Positions 49,382-61,399 of a stretch of DNA of 64,000 bases are shown one piece after another. Position 1 is the first letter of the stretch; each line of letters starts with the position of its first letter. The stretch spans positions 4,340,001 through 4,404,000 of the forward strand of contig JBHGNT010000005.1 of assembly GCA_043228905.1 (NCBI GenBank). The letters are read 5' to 3'. The position numbers were made by a program, and so were the translations under genes. Source of the stretch: Azolla caroliniana. Taxonomy: Eukaryota > Plantae > Polypodiophyta. The notes beneath the pieces were generated by a model that did not search any database, was not told the DNA's origin, and was given only the letters and a program-made list of their open reading frames with translations.

Positions 49382-52081
49382 ATGAAACTCATCTTTACAT
49401 CACTTCAGAATATGATAATAGGGAGGCAACCACCATGTCTTCCCCATCACAATCACAATCACAATCACCATCACCATCACCATCGTCATCATCTTCTTCT
49501 TCACTCAAATCAGCCATGGAGGAAAACCCTGTTTCTGCTTAATCTAAGGACCTCGCTTTATAGGAGGCTGTATTTCAATTTCAATATATCGCGACGATTG
49601 AACCTGGTGAAGCTTGGAAGAGATGAAGGTAATTCTAGCTCCTTTGAAGACAGCGACTTTATCAAAGCATTTAACTATAATGAATCTAAAGAACCTATTC
49701 CCAATGGATATGGTGAAGCTAAAGAACCTTATCTCAACGGTTATGGTGATGGAAGGTCAGATTATGATAATGTATATAATGACCTAACCTCTTACACTAG
49801 GTGGAAGCTCGGCTCAGTCATACCCAATGCATATAAAGTAAGAGAAGAACAACAGGAAAGGGAAGATAGACCAAACGTGATTGCATGTAATGAAAGAGAA
49901 GACGACTCACATGAAAAAGAAGAAATATCAATGATGAATGCATATGAAGAAAATTCAAAGATGAACGCATATAAAGAAAGAGAAGAAGTTTCAAATCTGA
50001 ATGCATACAAAGAAAGAGAAGAAATCTCAGACATGAATGCATTTAGAGTAAGCGAAGAACTGCAAAAGGAAGAAAACATAATCATGGATGCATATAAAGT
50101 AAGAGGAGAAGAAACATACAAGAAAGCAAAAATGTGGAATTCGAAAGAAGGAACAAATGAGGAGCTTGAAAGGCTTATGACTATAGGCAGTGCCCTTTTG
50201 AGAGAGGGAGAAGAGGGTTTATATGGTGGGTTAGAAGTCGGAATAGCCGATCGGATGCTTAGAGAGGCATCATTCCTCTTTGCATCAGCATCATCCCTCG
50301 ATCCATCCAACTCCATACCTATCAATGCTCTAGGAAACACTCTCCTTCTCCGAGGACAGTTGAAACTCTTGCTGACAGAAGAATTGAGAGAAATTCTATC
50401 CGACTCTGGCTCGAACTCAAATGTATATGGAAATGCAAACCGAAGAGTTAATGGAAATGTTAAAAACCTACGAGGGGTTAATGGGAACTATCCAAATCGG
50501 AGAGGAGTTAATGGATCGATAAGGAGCTCGATCCCAAAGATATGTAATGAATGTGAAGGGTTGTTGGTGGAGGCTGGACGGAAATATCACATGGTGCTCT
50601 TGATGAACAAAATGGATGAGCATGCAATGTATTGTTGGGGTTTAGCACTCTTCTTCCGTGGTCGCTTGATAGGAGCACATGATCAAGAGGTACCCATACT
50701 TTTCCACCCTCATCATGACGTAACTGAAAGTGGAATTTGATGAAATAGTAAAAGAAAAAAGAAACAGTGCTATTAGTGGAATGGTGTTGTCCTTGAATTG
50801 AGCTATTGTGGGTATGATTGATTAAGTGAAATGATTTGGAACCCCAGGACCTTATATAGTAAACTGATTTGGTTGGACTTACAAAATGTAAATGGTCAGG
50901 TGAATTTATAGCTTATGAAACCCTGAAAGTATCAAAACTTTGCCTAGGTCAATGACCTCTGGAAAGTAGTATCAAATTCTTGGATTGGGATTTTGTGAAA
51001 ATTTTAATGCAATATATTTCATACCTTATAATGGGTGGTTTGCTATACACTATTAAAACCCTTAATAATAACCACTGTTTTCGTTTGAGTAGGATGCAGT
51101 AGATGATGCAAAGAAGGTTTATCAAGCTTCCATTGCTAAGTTCGAAGCTGTTGTCGCACTAAACAAATCGTATGTTCCTTGCGGTGAGTCATAATTTTCG
51201 TCATACAGTATTGGAAGTTTGGGTTATTAAATATATATGATTCAATTGCAATCATGCCAATCATTGCAAATTATCAACATTAATTATATGGGGACTAGAC
51301 ATTGAGACAAAAGAAGGTGATCTAGAGTAGAGTGGAAGCCAATGCAATTGCATGTAAGTCAGCAACCCATGTCTTCGGGCTCATATATAAATTGCATTTT
51401 AACTTTTAATGATAAATTAAATGCAATGACAACCCATACTAATAATTTAGAGTTGTATAACAATACAACAAATCGCTATACAGCGCACTAAATTGATTAA
51501 TACTGAAGCAAAACCTGTTTTTCTTGATAAACTCTTAGGAGCTATGCCTTCTTGGTGGAACAATGTGTAGGCATATGGTGCTTGGCACAAATATGTATCA
51601 CTTACTGTCTAGTATAATCTTCTTGTTCATGCTCGAAGAATGAAAAAAAAATCCCTTCTCTTCTTTAGCATTGAGGGGTTATGTTTTCCTAATTAAACGT
51701 GAATACATATGGCAGGTGTTAGCCTATCCAGGCTCTAATATTTTTCTCTCATTTTCTAATATAAATTTCTTTATCATGGCCAAAAAGACAAAAAATCTCT
51801 TTTCTCACATAGGTGATAGTGCAAACTTCTATCATAGAGATAATATGACTTTTTGTTTTCTGTGTGTCTCTTTGATAGCCTTGTTGTATTGGGGATTAGC
51901 TCTTCGAGATCAAGCCTGGTTGTCTCAAATTGGAATTGATGAGAAAATGAATCTTCTCAAGCAAGCAAGAAAAGTATTGGAAGATGTGATAAGAGCATAC
52001 CCAAGTTATGCACTAGCCAAATTGGCGGCTGCGGCATGTACTGAGGACCTCAAACATCTCTTTTACAGGAGTACGTTCTGA
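49382..52081 (+). CDS. Uncharacterised TPR-like helical-repeat protein (3 exons; possible organelle transit peptide)
   Basis: Exons 49382(or ATG 49412)-50689, 51093-51183 and 51879-52081 join in frame. The C-terminal part resembles a conserved plant TPR-like family: INALGNTLLLRGQLKL, CNECEGLLVEAGRKY, AMYCWGLALFFRGRLI, DAKKVYQASIAKFEA, ALLYWGLALRDQA, EKMNLLKQARKVLEDVI. Confidence 0.8.
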
Positions 52082-52679
52082 ATGAAAACTGACAAATGTC
52101 CATTACATAGATAGATGGTATTAGCACTTCAGCTGATTATACATACCATCTCCTGAAATTTTGGGCAATATAGTTGAATTTGCTATGTTATGCAAATTCA
52201 AGTTCATAGAGTTGTACTTGTCTTGTATACTTCTTGGGAATATGTCGACAAACATTGAATTGCATGATGTATGTTATATATATATATATATATATATATT
52301 GTATAAAGCGAGAGAGCTCCTATGCATTTTCCTTTCTCCTACCCTCTTTGCTAAAAAGGGATTTCTGTGGTGCTGTAACTTTAAAGGTTTGTTCCATGTT
52401 GGGTAATAAGAGAAAAACTCTATTTATACCTACTTGCTTCAAAACATGATTTAAGTCTCTCCAAATAAGGCATTATAATGTAGTTGGACGTATTGGACAA
52501 ATTCAAAAGCATTAGATTCAAGTAGTGTTGGTTTTAAAGTTAAATTCAAAAAATGAACTATTCTTTTTTTAATACTGAAACTCCCTACATACTTTTTAAC
52601 TTTGAGGTAGTAGCATGGGGCTATTATCACTCCAACGCACCCTAATCACCATCACATGTACATATGGATTGAGCTCAAG

Positions 52680-53115
52680 TGTTACATTCCACATAAATTA
52701 AAAGTTGATTTGTGGATATTTTGCAGCAAGTGGTTTGAGATTGAGTTTTACAGTTCACACAGATTAAAAGTTTATTTGCAGTAGGCAATTGAGCTTAATT
52801 CTTATATTCCACATAAATTGATAGATGATCTATGGATTTTCCTTTACTTAGAAATCTTTTACCTTTTGCATAACAATAATATTTCCTTGTCCCAAGGGAT
52901 GTTAACTTATATTCCACATAAATTTAAAGATGATCTGTGGCTTTTCATTACTTAGACAGGTAACAATAATATCCCCTTGTCCCAGGGGATGTTAACTCAT
53001 ATCCACATAAATTTAAAGATGACCTGTGGCTTTTCATTACTTACGTATTTTGAGTCATTTACATTAATCAATGACATAACATTAATATTCCCTTGTCCCA
53101 AAGGATGTTAACTTC
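52680..53115. repeat. ~90-120 bp imperfect tandem repeats (4 copies) between convergent genes
   Basis: ATATTCCACATAAATTTAAAGATGATCTGTGG...TAACAATAATATTTCCTTGTCCCAAGGGATGTTAACT recurs at ~52683, 52802, 52907 and 52997. Confidence 0.75.
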
Positions 53116-53740
53116 TAGAGGTTGTAATTATCTCGTGGTGACACAAGGTATGATTTGTCAATTCATTAGTTACCTTGGTCTTAATGATATCTATGCATCA
53201 AACGCATCATATTTTCTCACACAATCAAAGGGAGAATCTTATTATTTTTTAATTGAGCTTGGCCTAGGACCATTAATGTAGATTTTAATATTAACGAAAC
53301 ACAATGATATCATCTTGGCTCATGCAAATAAGCAGACAAGAATTTCAATAGAAAAGTTTATGAATATGATTACCAAAACTACATATTGGTATTCCACCAC
53401 CTTGTATCTGGTAGTTATTGAACATCTAACAATTAGAATTTTGAAGCTATACATAATACTAATGATATCTAGAAAAAGGATCAACGCCACCATAAAGAAG
53501 GGATTAACACGTGATGTACACAGCAGGGCGGCATTCACAAAATCTCAGTAACATTCACAATATATTCCACCACCTTGCATTTGGTAGTTGTTGAACATCT
53601 ACTGATTAGAAATCTAACAGGGATGAAATGTGATGCATACAACAGGGCTCAATTCACAAAATCAAGGACAAGGGTTTAACACCAACAAAAACATAAGGTG
53701 AGAAAACAATAGAGCTCATTGACTTTTTTCTCCTCAACTA

Positions 53741-56578
53741 TCATGTTGTGCGGATCCGTTTTCGAGCCAAATACCGTTCCTTGGCAGCTGATATTGCATC
53801 TTCTGAGGGTTTACGATCTGTCTTCACTGTTTCACTATTCCCCTCTCTCACTTCCTCTCCGGTCACAATATGTTTGGATGGACTAAGCTCTCTTGTTGTT
53901 AATGCCTCTTCAAGATTGCTTCCTTCAGGTTCTTTAACAGAAGTTGTGTCAGAAAGTGTAGAGGAGGCATCATCTTTGGCTGGTGGTCTAATATAATCGC
54001 TTTTTGATTCCTGTCTTGAAGGACTCTTCTCTAATGCTTTTTTGGGACTAGCAGGCTTTGGACTGGTTTCTTTACCTACCTTCCCTTCTGTTGTACCTGC
54101 ACCAAATGCGACATTCTTGGAAAACAAATTCCTATAGAAGTCACTAAGATCACTTTTCTTCGTAACCTGGGAACAGAGAAATTAATGTGTTAGCAAAAAT
54201 CTTCAAGGAAATCTTCCCATGAGGAGGATTCATAACCATTGTTTTGGCCTAGTTGTCAAAGCCCTTGCAATGAAGTCATGGGTTGACTCCCATTACAAGA
54301 GAGAAAAAAAATTGATTTCGAGAAAAACGAAAAAATTACCCTTTGAAATTTGAACTATCAACCCCACCATTAAGAGAAAATAGATTTTGGAAGTTGATGC
54401 CCTCTATTATGAGAAGCAAAATGAAATAGATGAAAGTACAACTGTAAATCACCTCTTCAGCTTCTTCTCGTAACTGACGTAACCGCTCTTCTTCATTCCA
54501 TTTCTCGAGCTCTGCTAGTTTCTTTTTATAGGCTGCAGTCACAAATTTTTCCTTGTCTCCATATAGGTGGTCCTCTTGTTGCCTCTCCTTTAGAAGTTTG
54601 CGTTCATACACGATTTCTTGCTCTTGCTTGCGAATCTTGGCTTTCTCGACTAGCTTTGTTATATACTTAGGCTGCCAAAAAAAACGCAGATGATATAAGA
54701 CATGGATGTATTCTGTTAAAACTAAGCTACACCACTCTAAATTCACAAAACATTCCAAATCAACGGGTAATCCATGGTTGTATAATGTCATAAAAAGGTC
54801 TCATGTCTCCTAAAGTTCTTTCAGATACATTGAGTTGACACTAGAAGGTAACCTAGAAAAAGTAAAAGTACTTTAGTATTATCATTTGTGCCTCCAGGTT
54901 CACTAATTTTCAAGATGCAATACACGGTTACATCTACTCTCCATATTTTATAACAACACTGATTTTCATGATGTGTCTCTTTCAGATTTTCAAGTAACAA
55001 ATAATGATCTTGGAACCATTCATGTCATGTGAGACACAACAATACTACAACATTCTTGTTGTTTGGAACAAAGTCTCTCATGGCATGCATTCATGATATG
55101 CACAACACAAACAATACACAGCTTTTTTTCCATTCAAGAGCACAAATATGTGGGCATGTGCTTGATACATTATATTTCCTTAAGTAAAGATTCAGAAGGT
55201 AAACCATTGAAAGAATGCATGTGAGCATGATATTACCTTATCTTTCTCCCGAGCTCTTGGTGGAGGAGCCGATTTCGCTTTCATTTCATCATAATATCCA
55301 TCATAATCAAACACTGTTGAATCTTGTTCCAAAGCAGCCTTATGTTGAATCTCTACCTGTAAATTGATGAAACCACATTAACCCATGGAATTGTATGAAT
55401 CCAACCCTTGTTTCTGAAAATACAAGAAAATAGAAAATTCATCAAAGAGAGAAACTCAGGTGGCCAAAATCTGTGAGAAGGTACACATACTATTTCCAAT
55501 CCAGGTTTTTGTTTTTAAACAAGGAAAAAAGAAAGGATCTATCAAAGAAAAAGAATATAATAAGAAACCTTTAATTTAACCTTCTTTTTCAAATGCCAGA
55601 AACCAGAAAACCCTAACCAAACTAAGAGATGCATTCACTAACGAATCCATTCTAGTCCAAGTTTTGTTTCTGAAAAGGGGAACAGGACCCTGGTGAAACA
55701 AGAAAATATTGAATCCAGATGTGGTGTCTCTAAAAATCAGAAAACCAGCCCAACTACGATATGCATGTACTAAAGCATATTTTCTATTCTAGTTTTTTTA
55801 TCTATAAAGAGAGAGAAGGATCCATTAAAGGAAAAGAGCCTTGAATTAAATACTTGTTCCTCGAAATAACAGAAAACCAATCAAAGAGAAGAAACTGATC
55901 TAAATCTATTGTAAGAGTTTACAGATGCATTATGCTAGAGGATTTATTTCTGACCCATAATTTGTTTCATATAAAGAGAAAAAGAAATGACCCATTTTTC
56001 AAGGGAAATCACATCTCGAGGAACCAAAAGGACATATTTACTTCTTCTCTTCTTCTTACAGATGTTTAAAAGAAGTCATATCGTAAACCGATTTTGCTTA
56101 TCTGGAAAAATCAAAGATCAATGGAGCCCTTTTGAAGAAGGAAAACAGGGGAACTGGACAAGTCCTATTTTCTTCTGTAGGATTATACTAGAGCAAACCT
56201 TTTCTAAACCAATTTCATTTTCTATAGAAACAAAGAAAATACCAGGCAAAAAACAGAGGGAACCGGTGCAGAGACATGCTTCATTCCTAACCAATACTTA
56301 TTTTGGTTCTCAAAAAAAGATAAAGAATTAGTTTTTTTTTTTTTTAAATTTTGAAAAGGAACCCAAGAAAGGAAACAAAGAATCAGGAAACAGGAGATAT
56401 TGAGAGGAAGAAGGAGAAGGCTTACTTCTTTAAGGGCTCGTTTCTTCGCGGCCTCGCGGGCGAGGGTCTGTTCCATGTCTTCTTCATCTTCGTCTTCATT
56501 GAAAATCGATGGTTTCTTCACAGAAGCAGAAGGAGGGGGGGGAGGGGGGGGGCGAAGCTGAAGACCATATTTCTTCAT
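53741..56578 (-). CDS. NSRP1: Nuclear speckle splicing regulatory protein 1 / CCDC55 (DUF2040), 305 aa
   Basis: Exons 56578-56426, 55356-55237, 54671-54453 and 54166-53741, all phase 0 GT-AG. Motifs MKKYGLQLR, ALEQDSTVFDYDGYYDEMK, PKYITKLVEKAKIRKQEQEIVYERKLLKER, DKEKFVTAAYKKKL, VTKKSDLSDFYRNL, AISAAKERYLARK. Confidence 0.92.
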
Positions 56579-58304
56579 CTCCCTGGCCCTGACTCTGAAT
56601 CTGACTGTGTCTCTGAGTCTGAGTCTGAGTCTGAGTCTGAGTCTGTGTGTAAGGATTGAGGGAAGAGGTGAAGGAGGGTAGAGGAAGGAATTTGTATAAA
56701 CATAGACAAGCAAAGCAAATACATATGTATATATGTATGTATATGTATGTATATGTATAATTACATATGTAAGTAAATAAAAATATGTATGTACATATGT
56801 ACATACTGCCACCAAAGCGTAATCCTTGACTTTTGGGTATTTACCGAAAGTACCCCTCTCCCTCCCACTGGCCTCACAAACAGCTCGAAGCATGCCCCCT
56901 GCAGAAAACCGCAAACACAGCTATAGCCTATACCTATCTATCTATCTATCCCTTGGACAACACTAGAAGTGGGGCTCTTTCCTTCCTCGTCTCCCTCCCT
57001 GTATCACACACACACACACACACACACACAGAGTTTTGCCAGCCCTGACCTTTCTACCTCGTTCTCAATCCCCGCCCCAGGCTCCCCGCTTTTTCTTTTG
57101 CCATTTGACTCGCTTCCCTGAATCAACGGTTCCCCTCTGGCTCCGCTTGTGTACTTTGTCCCGATGCTTCTTTCATCTCGCTTCAGACTTCTTTGTCTAT
57201 GCCACCGCCTCGGCTATGTCTATAGGTGCAACACTCTCCTCGTTTCTTGACAATATATAAAATCGAGACTTGAACTAGAAGCATCTGCATTATAGACCCA
57301 ATTCTTAACTCCCACGTTACAACAAGTCTTAGAATCTCGACTTATGGCTTAAATTTTCGATAGACAGAATTAGAGCACAAAGACAACATTGAAACAAGAG
57401 CAAAAATAAAACAATTTCATACTAAGAAAACCAAGCATGTGCTACAAAATATATACGAGGTGACATGTAATCCACAAAGAGGTAAGAGAAAGAAATATCA
57501 CAAGTCTTGCCACCTCATGTTGCAACGTATCCTAACCCCTAACCCAAGGAAGAGATCAGAAGAATTTGCTAAGTAAGAGAAGAGTAAAGGAATTTGCTAA
57601 TATCATAACAAAACAATAGAAATAAGCAGCGAAAACTATGTGATAACAATCACAATAAGTTTCGAGAATGAGAGTTCTAGGGATTGAAGATCTTTGCATA
57701 CATGGGCAGTTACCTTTATGTGAGGACAAAGGAAGGGATTCATTGTTATGTCCACAAGTCACACTACAAGTGCTTGACATTTACAAATTCCTAACCTACA
57801 TCCCCTCCCCCGACTTCCAAATCACCTAATAGAAGTGTGTTGTACTTTTGTCCAATTGGTCGAACTTAGTTATTCATATGGGTATCACCAACTATTGGCT
57901 CACTTCTTAATTCTGATGATGATGTTCACATGGCTCGTGAATGAAACTCATGTTCATCTTGATCATGGCTATGCCTCCATGATGTTGACTTCCCCCACCT
58001 CACCCACACTTATTCCTTAATCCGACGCATCCCCTCTCCAACCACCCAATCTTTCCTCACATCCTATGTTTCAATTCACCTATAGCTCTCCCCCACACGA
58101 GTTTGGCCTCACACAATCCCACATCTTCTAACTTGTCCATTGACTTTGACAAGCCTCCCTCCTTGTTGACACCCTTGCATGTACCTCCCCCACCTAGAAG
58201 TATGCATGTATTAGGTTGGGGGCATGCCATCTATATGTTGGGTCATCTTACCTCCAATGTTACGGTTTGTAGATACATTCAAGACTACTTATAGCAATAG
58301 GGAT

Positions 58305-58397
58305 ATATCTATATATCTATATATACATACATACATGGAGAGAGATAGAAATAGACATTAACATTGTAATGGGTATTCATACATATGTGAAATAGGG

Positions 58398-58437
<40 letters not shown>

Positions 58438-58560
58438 TAGATACATAAATATATATGAAATAGGGACACACACACACACACACACACATAGTAGATACAT
58501 AAATATATATGAAATAGGGATGCACACACATACACACATACATACATACATACATACATG
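58305..58560. repeat. Compound (CA)n/(TACA)n microsatellite with a duplicated ~50-bp unit
   Basis: TGAAATAGGGA-(CA)n-TAGTAGATACATAAATATATA repeated. Confidence 0.85.
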
Positions 58561-58629
58561 CAAAGCTAAGTGGATGAGAATGCTCACTTAGTGGAAATAA
58601 AATATCTATTACTAGGGAGTTGATTCAAA

Positions 58630-59400
58630 TGGCAGGCGATAATCAGAGTTGCATGCTCAAGTAATCTGATGTTTCATGGGAAAACATAGTATATTGAGAT
58701 TCAATGCCAATTAATACAAAGGCTCCGTTTAGATGAGAATGTCAAGTTGGCATCCAAGTAGAAAGAGGTTATCAACAAGTGTACAAAGAAGAGTAAGATC
58801 ATACAAGAAAGTGAATAATGTGGAGTTAGGCACATATATCATATTAACTTAAGATCCAAAATTGGATAATTTAAGCAATTTGAATATTCCTAAAGGATGA
58901 TCTCTCGACCAATAGATTAAAGAGACTTACTTTGGTGGCTTTTAGTTTATTTTTAGGAAAATGGTCAAAACTTTCACATTAGAACTCCAATTTGAGACAT
59001 CCTAAGTGCATTGAGATTTTGTTACCAAGATATTTTGAATGATGATTCATGTGATATGGTTTTAATAAGATCTACCTAAACATTTTCGCCACCTCAATGC
59101 AAAAATATCTGGAAACATGGTGTTTTTTTACAAGGATAATTTTTTTGTTCCAATCTAGTCTAATGAAAGATAAACCAAGAGTGCATTATATGAGTTAATC
59201 AATTAAAACTTTAGCTACCCTCAAGACTAAGTATACTTATAACATGATGTCTATAACAAGGCCCAATTCTTGTCCAAATTTGTGAGGCAAATTATGAGAT
59301 GCTCTATAGGGTTAGCCACCTAATGTAAAAGTGGCTTTTGTGAGATACCTAAGGTTGGTTCTCCAGTTCAAGCTATTGACTTTTATACGCATTTACTTGC
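58630..59400 (+). mobile_element. Highly degenerate LTR-retrotransposon fragments (copia RNase H-like, then gypsy integrase-like)
   Basis: NLMFHGKT*YIEIQCQLIQR resembles copia NPVFHxRTKHIEIxYHFIR. QGPxFLSKFVRQIM (frameshifted) resembles integrase SDxGPQF. Weak. Confidence 0.35.
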
Positions 59401-60829
59401 GTAGGAACATATGAGGATATAACTCCATCACATCATCCATTTGTAGGATTTTGTTTGGGCATCTCCTTCAAACGCATTTGTTGTTTTAGGCTTGTATTGG
59501 TTTTCCAAGGAACCCCATTAAATAAGAACGAATCAATCATATTGAATATCACACGTGGTTTCCATTTTAGTGAGGGAGGCGAGAGATTCGAGGATCAAAC
59601 GACAAAGTCATAAGAGGTTACGTTGCTATCACAGGTCACCTTCGTTCTTAAAGAAGGTGGCCTATTGTATTGACCTTGTATACAATGGTCTTGTGCAGCA
59701 TGCCCTGCACGTTTCTGTTGTCACTAGAATAGGGACATGACAACAGTCGTGTCAAGATTTGAACTCTTCACCTCTTGTACATAGTACAAGTGTTATATTC
59801 TAACCGACACATCCAAATACATGGTCATGTTATGACCATACCTTAGTAGATTATTAGTAGATGATCTATTCCAAGTTCTAGGGAGTTTTCAGAAGCTTCC
59901 AGTGTCCATGACAATAGTTATGTTTTTTTTTTCACGCTAGGTGCAGGTCCACGAGAGAGAAAACATATGTGATCCGAGAGAGTGAGACCAACGAGGGCAT
60001 CGAGCGATTCATGGGATTGCGATTCGGAACTTATCATCGGCAAAGCAACATAGTATCGGACAGAGGCGGCTTCTCGACATATGTATTGTACATACATATG
60101 TTTGACCTGGGAGTCATTGGGTGGTTTTTTTTTGTTTTGTTTTTTGTTCTTGTGTGTTTTGGGGGGGGTGGTTTTGAGAAAACCATGGTATTGGTCATGA
60201 GAAGTCATAAGCAAGAGTCGTAGTTCCCCCCTTTCTTCTTCTTCTTCTTCTTCTTCTTCTTCTGCCTCCCCTCCCCTTCCTCTCTCACCTCCGATCAAAA
60301 CAAAAAACAAACAAAAAAAAAAACAAAACTCTGATGAATCCGCCATAGCCCACCATCGCCGAGCTCCTCTGCTTCTCCTTTTGCTCCTCGCTCTCCTGAT
60401 TTCCAGTGCTTCTTTTGAAAAATTCCCCCGAGATTCTGCTGCTTCGATTTCATTCCGACCACGATTCTGCCCTTTCAACTGCGCGCGCGGGGGGTGGGGG
60501 GGAACATAAAAAAAGAAGCTTCGAACTCCTCAGTAAGAATAAACAGGGTAGATAAATTTCTCAGTCAATCAAATCAACTTAATTTTCCATATTTACTTTT
60601 CTTCATTTTTTTTTCCCCCCTGCAGAAAAGAGAGAGTTGGAAAAAAAAAAACCCTAAAAAAAAATCATAAGCAGAGAAGAGTCACACCCACCCTACAATT
60701 TGATGCAGAGAAGGAAATTTCGTCAAATTTTAAGCAGATAAGGAAACCCTAACTTGAAACAGAGATTAAAATCCTAATCTTTTTTGGGATTTTTGAGACA
60801 CGGCGCACTTTGAGCTAATATACATTGTT

Positions 60830-61135
60830 TGAAGTAGAAAAAACCAAATGTGGTGAAAAAGTAAACCTTGATGTGGTGAAAACAAACGCCAATGTAGTGA
60901 AAAGGTAACCCTACTGTTGTGAAAAGTGAACTTGGATTGGTGAGGAGCAGACCCTAATGTGGTGAGGCACAACCCATAATGTGGTCATACTAAATCTTAA
61001 TATGGTCAGTAGTGAAGCCTAATGTGGCGAAAAGTGAACCTTATTTTGGTAAAAAGTGAATCATATCTTGGTGAGAAGTAAAACCTAATTTATTGACAAA
61101 TAAACCCTGATGTGATGATTAGTGAAATGGAATGA
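60830..61135 (+). repeat. ~22-bp tandem repeat array upstream of ADA1
   Basis: Consensus about AATGTGGTGAAAAGTAAACCCT, roughly 12-13 diverged copies. Confidence 0.75.
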
Positions 61136-61399
61136 ACTGGAATTTGGGAACAACTAAACCATAATAGGAAGGATGAGGCTTAGGAGGATAGATAATGCAG
61201 GAAATGGCTATGGTTTAGCCCATCTTATGTATATACTTTGTTAGCAGAAGATATAGCCCTAATAAGATTCATCAAATTTGCTATTCTCAGTACTTGTAAC
61301 TAAATCCATAATTATATTTATAACTATATCCATAACCATATCCGTAGCCATTGGTTGAGATTTGAATGCAAAAGAAATAGAGGGAAAGCTTTGCCATTG

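Noticed and set aside
60830-61135. CRISPR-like array (also 52680-53115)
   Set aside because: Eukaryotic context; units are head-to-tail and degenerate, with no unique spacers and no cas genes.
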